From Phoronis australis (taxonomy: Eukaryota; Animalia; Phoronida), in contig NMRA01000353.1 of NCBI GenBank assembly GCA_002633005.1, positions 257,625 through 321,624 of the forward strand: a DNA stretch of 64,000 nucleotides. Direction: 5' to 3'. The notes under the pieces are model-generated. The model did not search any database. It was not told the DNA's origin and worked only from the letters and a program-made list of their open reading frames with translations. This document shows positions 61,844-64,000 of the stretch, one piece after another; the stretch's first letter is position 1; each line of letters starts with the position of its first letter. Position numbers and translations under genes: made by a program.

Positions 61844-63339
61844 AGAAGTGTTTCGCTGGATTTCCAGGTCTGTGGCGTTATTTATACCGGACCAAAATTA
61901 AAAAAACAGACCTTTGTTTAAATCAGGAGCTGCATGATACACATTTATTAGACGTGCGCAGGCATTGCACTGATCACTTGGAACCATTTTTATGGTTTAT
62001 TAATATATAGTTAAACCAAGCTGAGGAGCTTGAAACCTGCTTTACGGCAATTTTTGGCAGTCGTATTTTCTGAAAAATGCTCGTAAGTTGACAACAAAGT
62101 TTGATAGCAATGCACTGCAGTTTTGTAGAAACTCTGTTCATAGGTTACAGATGCGTCGCAGAGCGTAACTTTGATGAATTCTAGCTTACGATTTCACCTG
62201 TTTCGGAGACCGGGTTTCAACCACTTTTAGGCTATAATAAGCACCCCCTTCCTGAAGCGGATTTTTCTAAGCACCCTGGCCGCTTATTAGGGCGCATACG
62301 GTAATATTTCATGTTACAATAGGAGTGGGATTGGCTCATTATGTACCCTACAGGTGGCATAGGACTTTACAAAACTGGTTGAAGAATTTTGTTTTCGTCA
62401 TAAACGTTCGTTTGAAAGGCTTAAGTTTAGAAATGTTAGGACTTAAGGCGGAAATTTAAAAAAAACATATGTCTGCTTACAAAAAATTTAACATTGAATA
62501 ATAAAAACAACCTTTACACCCCTCTGGTGTTCCTGTTCCATGTTTTCAAAGAAGTTGGTTGCATTTTCATAGACTGCAGTCGAGAGATTTTGTGCGGCAT
62601 ATATTCGACATGAAATGAGTGTGTAACCTGCTGTTGAATTGCGAGATAGATTTTGACTGGTCCGGGTGGTTATTTATGAAGTATTATTGTAATTTTTATT
62701 TATGTTAAAGGTTTTATCAGCGTTCTATTTATTTGTACACGAATGTGAATTTGTTGAAATCGCTGATCCAAATCCTGGCCAAATGTGCGCATTCTGCTGA
62801 GACCAACCGTCTGATCAGGGCCAGCGAAGAGTAATTTGGTTAATTCGCTCACTAGGCTATGGCTGAACTTCCTCGTAAGGACAAGAGTTTACGAAGAAAT
62901 TTAGCGGATAATTTTCGTCAAAAAGTTTACCAGATAGTTTTCATCAAAACGGAGAAAACAAAAATGCATTTGTGAAGACAGGATTAAGTAGTAGAGTCTC
63001 TTAAAAACATTCAACTTCGAAGTGCCTTGAACAAATGTATAAAGTCTTATTGCTGAAACAACTGCCATTCACCTTGACTCAAGAAGTAAGGTTTTCTTCC
63101 CACTGCCGATTATGGGGTCTTCGGATGCTATTGAAGCTAATTCCTTTGCATTTCGCTTGTGTGGCCGAACAACCGGCCACACAGTACCGACCATAATTAG
63201 CAGACGACGTACTTGCCGGAAATTGCACCAGATAATTTAGCCAGGTGTCGCCAGTGAATAATGACGTAAGGGCTTGTGCGTAAGGTCACAGATTTCGTCC
63301 ATTGAAAGTATACGGAGTTGGCGGTCCTTGTACTATAGT
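61841..63339 (+). repeat. Direct duplicate of 49975-51961 (the region immediately upstream of paralog exon 1)
   Basis: Colinear similarity from ggtagaagtgtttcgctgg to gtactatagt, with different MITE insertions in each copy. Confidence 0.9.
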
Positions 63340-63572
63340 CTATGGTGCAATGCCCTTTGCTGTACATGCGATTGTTGCGCGTGCTCATTTAAGTATGCTA
63401 TTTTCACGTACTATGACGTCAGCCGCTGAGTGGTGTAGTGGTAAAGTCGGCGACTCGAAACTCTAACGCTCCTCGGGCGATAATTCTCCAAAATCCACTC
63501 GGGCTCTAGATAACGGGGGATAACGACTTCGCCATGTAATAATCTATATTTTATTTGTTATCTTTGTTTCAG

Positions 63573-63637
63573 AAGATTTCTCAGTTTACAACAGAGGGCG
63601 TTGTAGCGGCCCCGTTTACACCGTTTACGTCGGATGG
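63573..63637 (+). CDS. Exon 2 of an NPL-like paralog (KISQFTTEGVVAAPFTPFTSDG); gene probably continues beyond the window
   Basis: Near-identical to 16958-17019, with a CAGAAG acceptor and GTAAG donor. The following intron sequence resembles 17020-17800. Confidence 0.8.
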
Positions 63638-64000
63638 GTAAGTATTCACTTTAGTGTTATGAGGATTCTACGACTTGTCGTAGCTAAAAGCATCGGATAG
63701 AAACCCATTCCAAGACGGATAGTAAAACTGATTCTGTGATCTCACCTAAAGTTCGAAACTTCAAGTAAGTGAGACGAAGTCTCCTCGTCCGCACACATAT
63801 TTGTCTAGTATTTCTTAAAAAAATTAAGTCACGAAAACTGCGCAAAGTCACCTCAGCAAATCTTTGCCTGGTAGTGAAGGGCAGTGGCATCTGATATTCA
63901 CTAGATAAAAAGAACCTCGTTTTCATTACCTATCATAGCGGATAGCCTTGCCAATATTCAGCGACAATGTCATCGTGCTTCAAACCCATTCAGAATCGAG

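Overview
Eukaryotic, TE-dense genomic DNA with three large N-gaps. It is probably from a marine invertebrate; mollusc-like is my inference from repeat style and is unproven. I could assemble one host gene by hand: a 10-exon N-acetylneuraminate-lyase/DHDPS-family aldolase (13806-31577, +, 331 aa, all GT-AG phases compatible). It has a predicted mitochondrial presequence and a remodelled sugar-binding site. Partial duplicates follow: exon 1 at 51974 and exon 2 at 63573. The rest is nested mobile DNA. It includes a HERO-like RLE retrotransposon preceded by a head-to-tail copy of its own 3' end, three L1/Tx1 copies, a Penelope-like element and a Harbinger element. There are also two Kolobok-like elements (one THAP, one KolX/P2X7-like), a hAT relic, MITEs with 5-, 6- and 9/10-bp TSDs, and minisatellites. 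The most striking unexplained signal is in the duplicated HERO 3' end. It holds a nearly complete hammerhead-ribozyme-like core (CUGAAGA, GAAA, stems I and III) whose strands occur in the reverse of the canonical order. All calls are by eye, and no searches were run.
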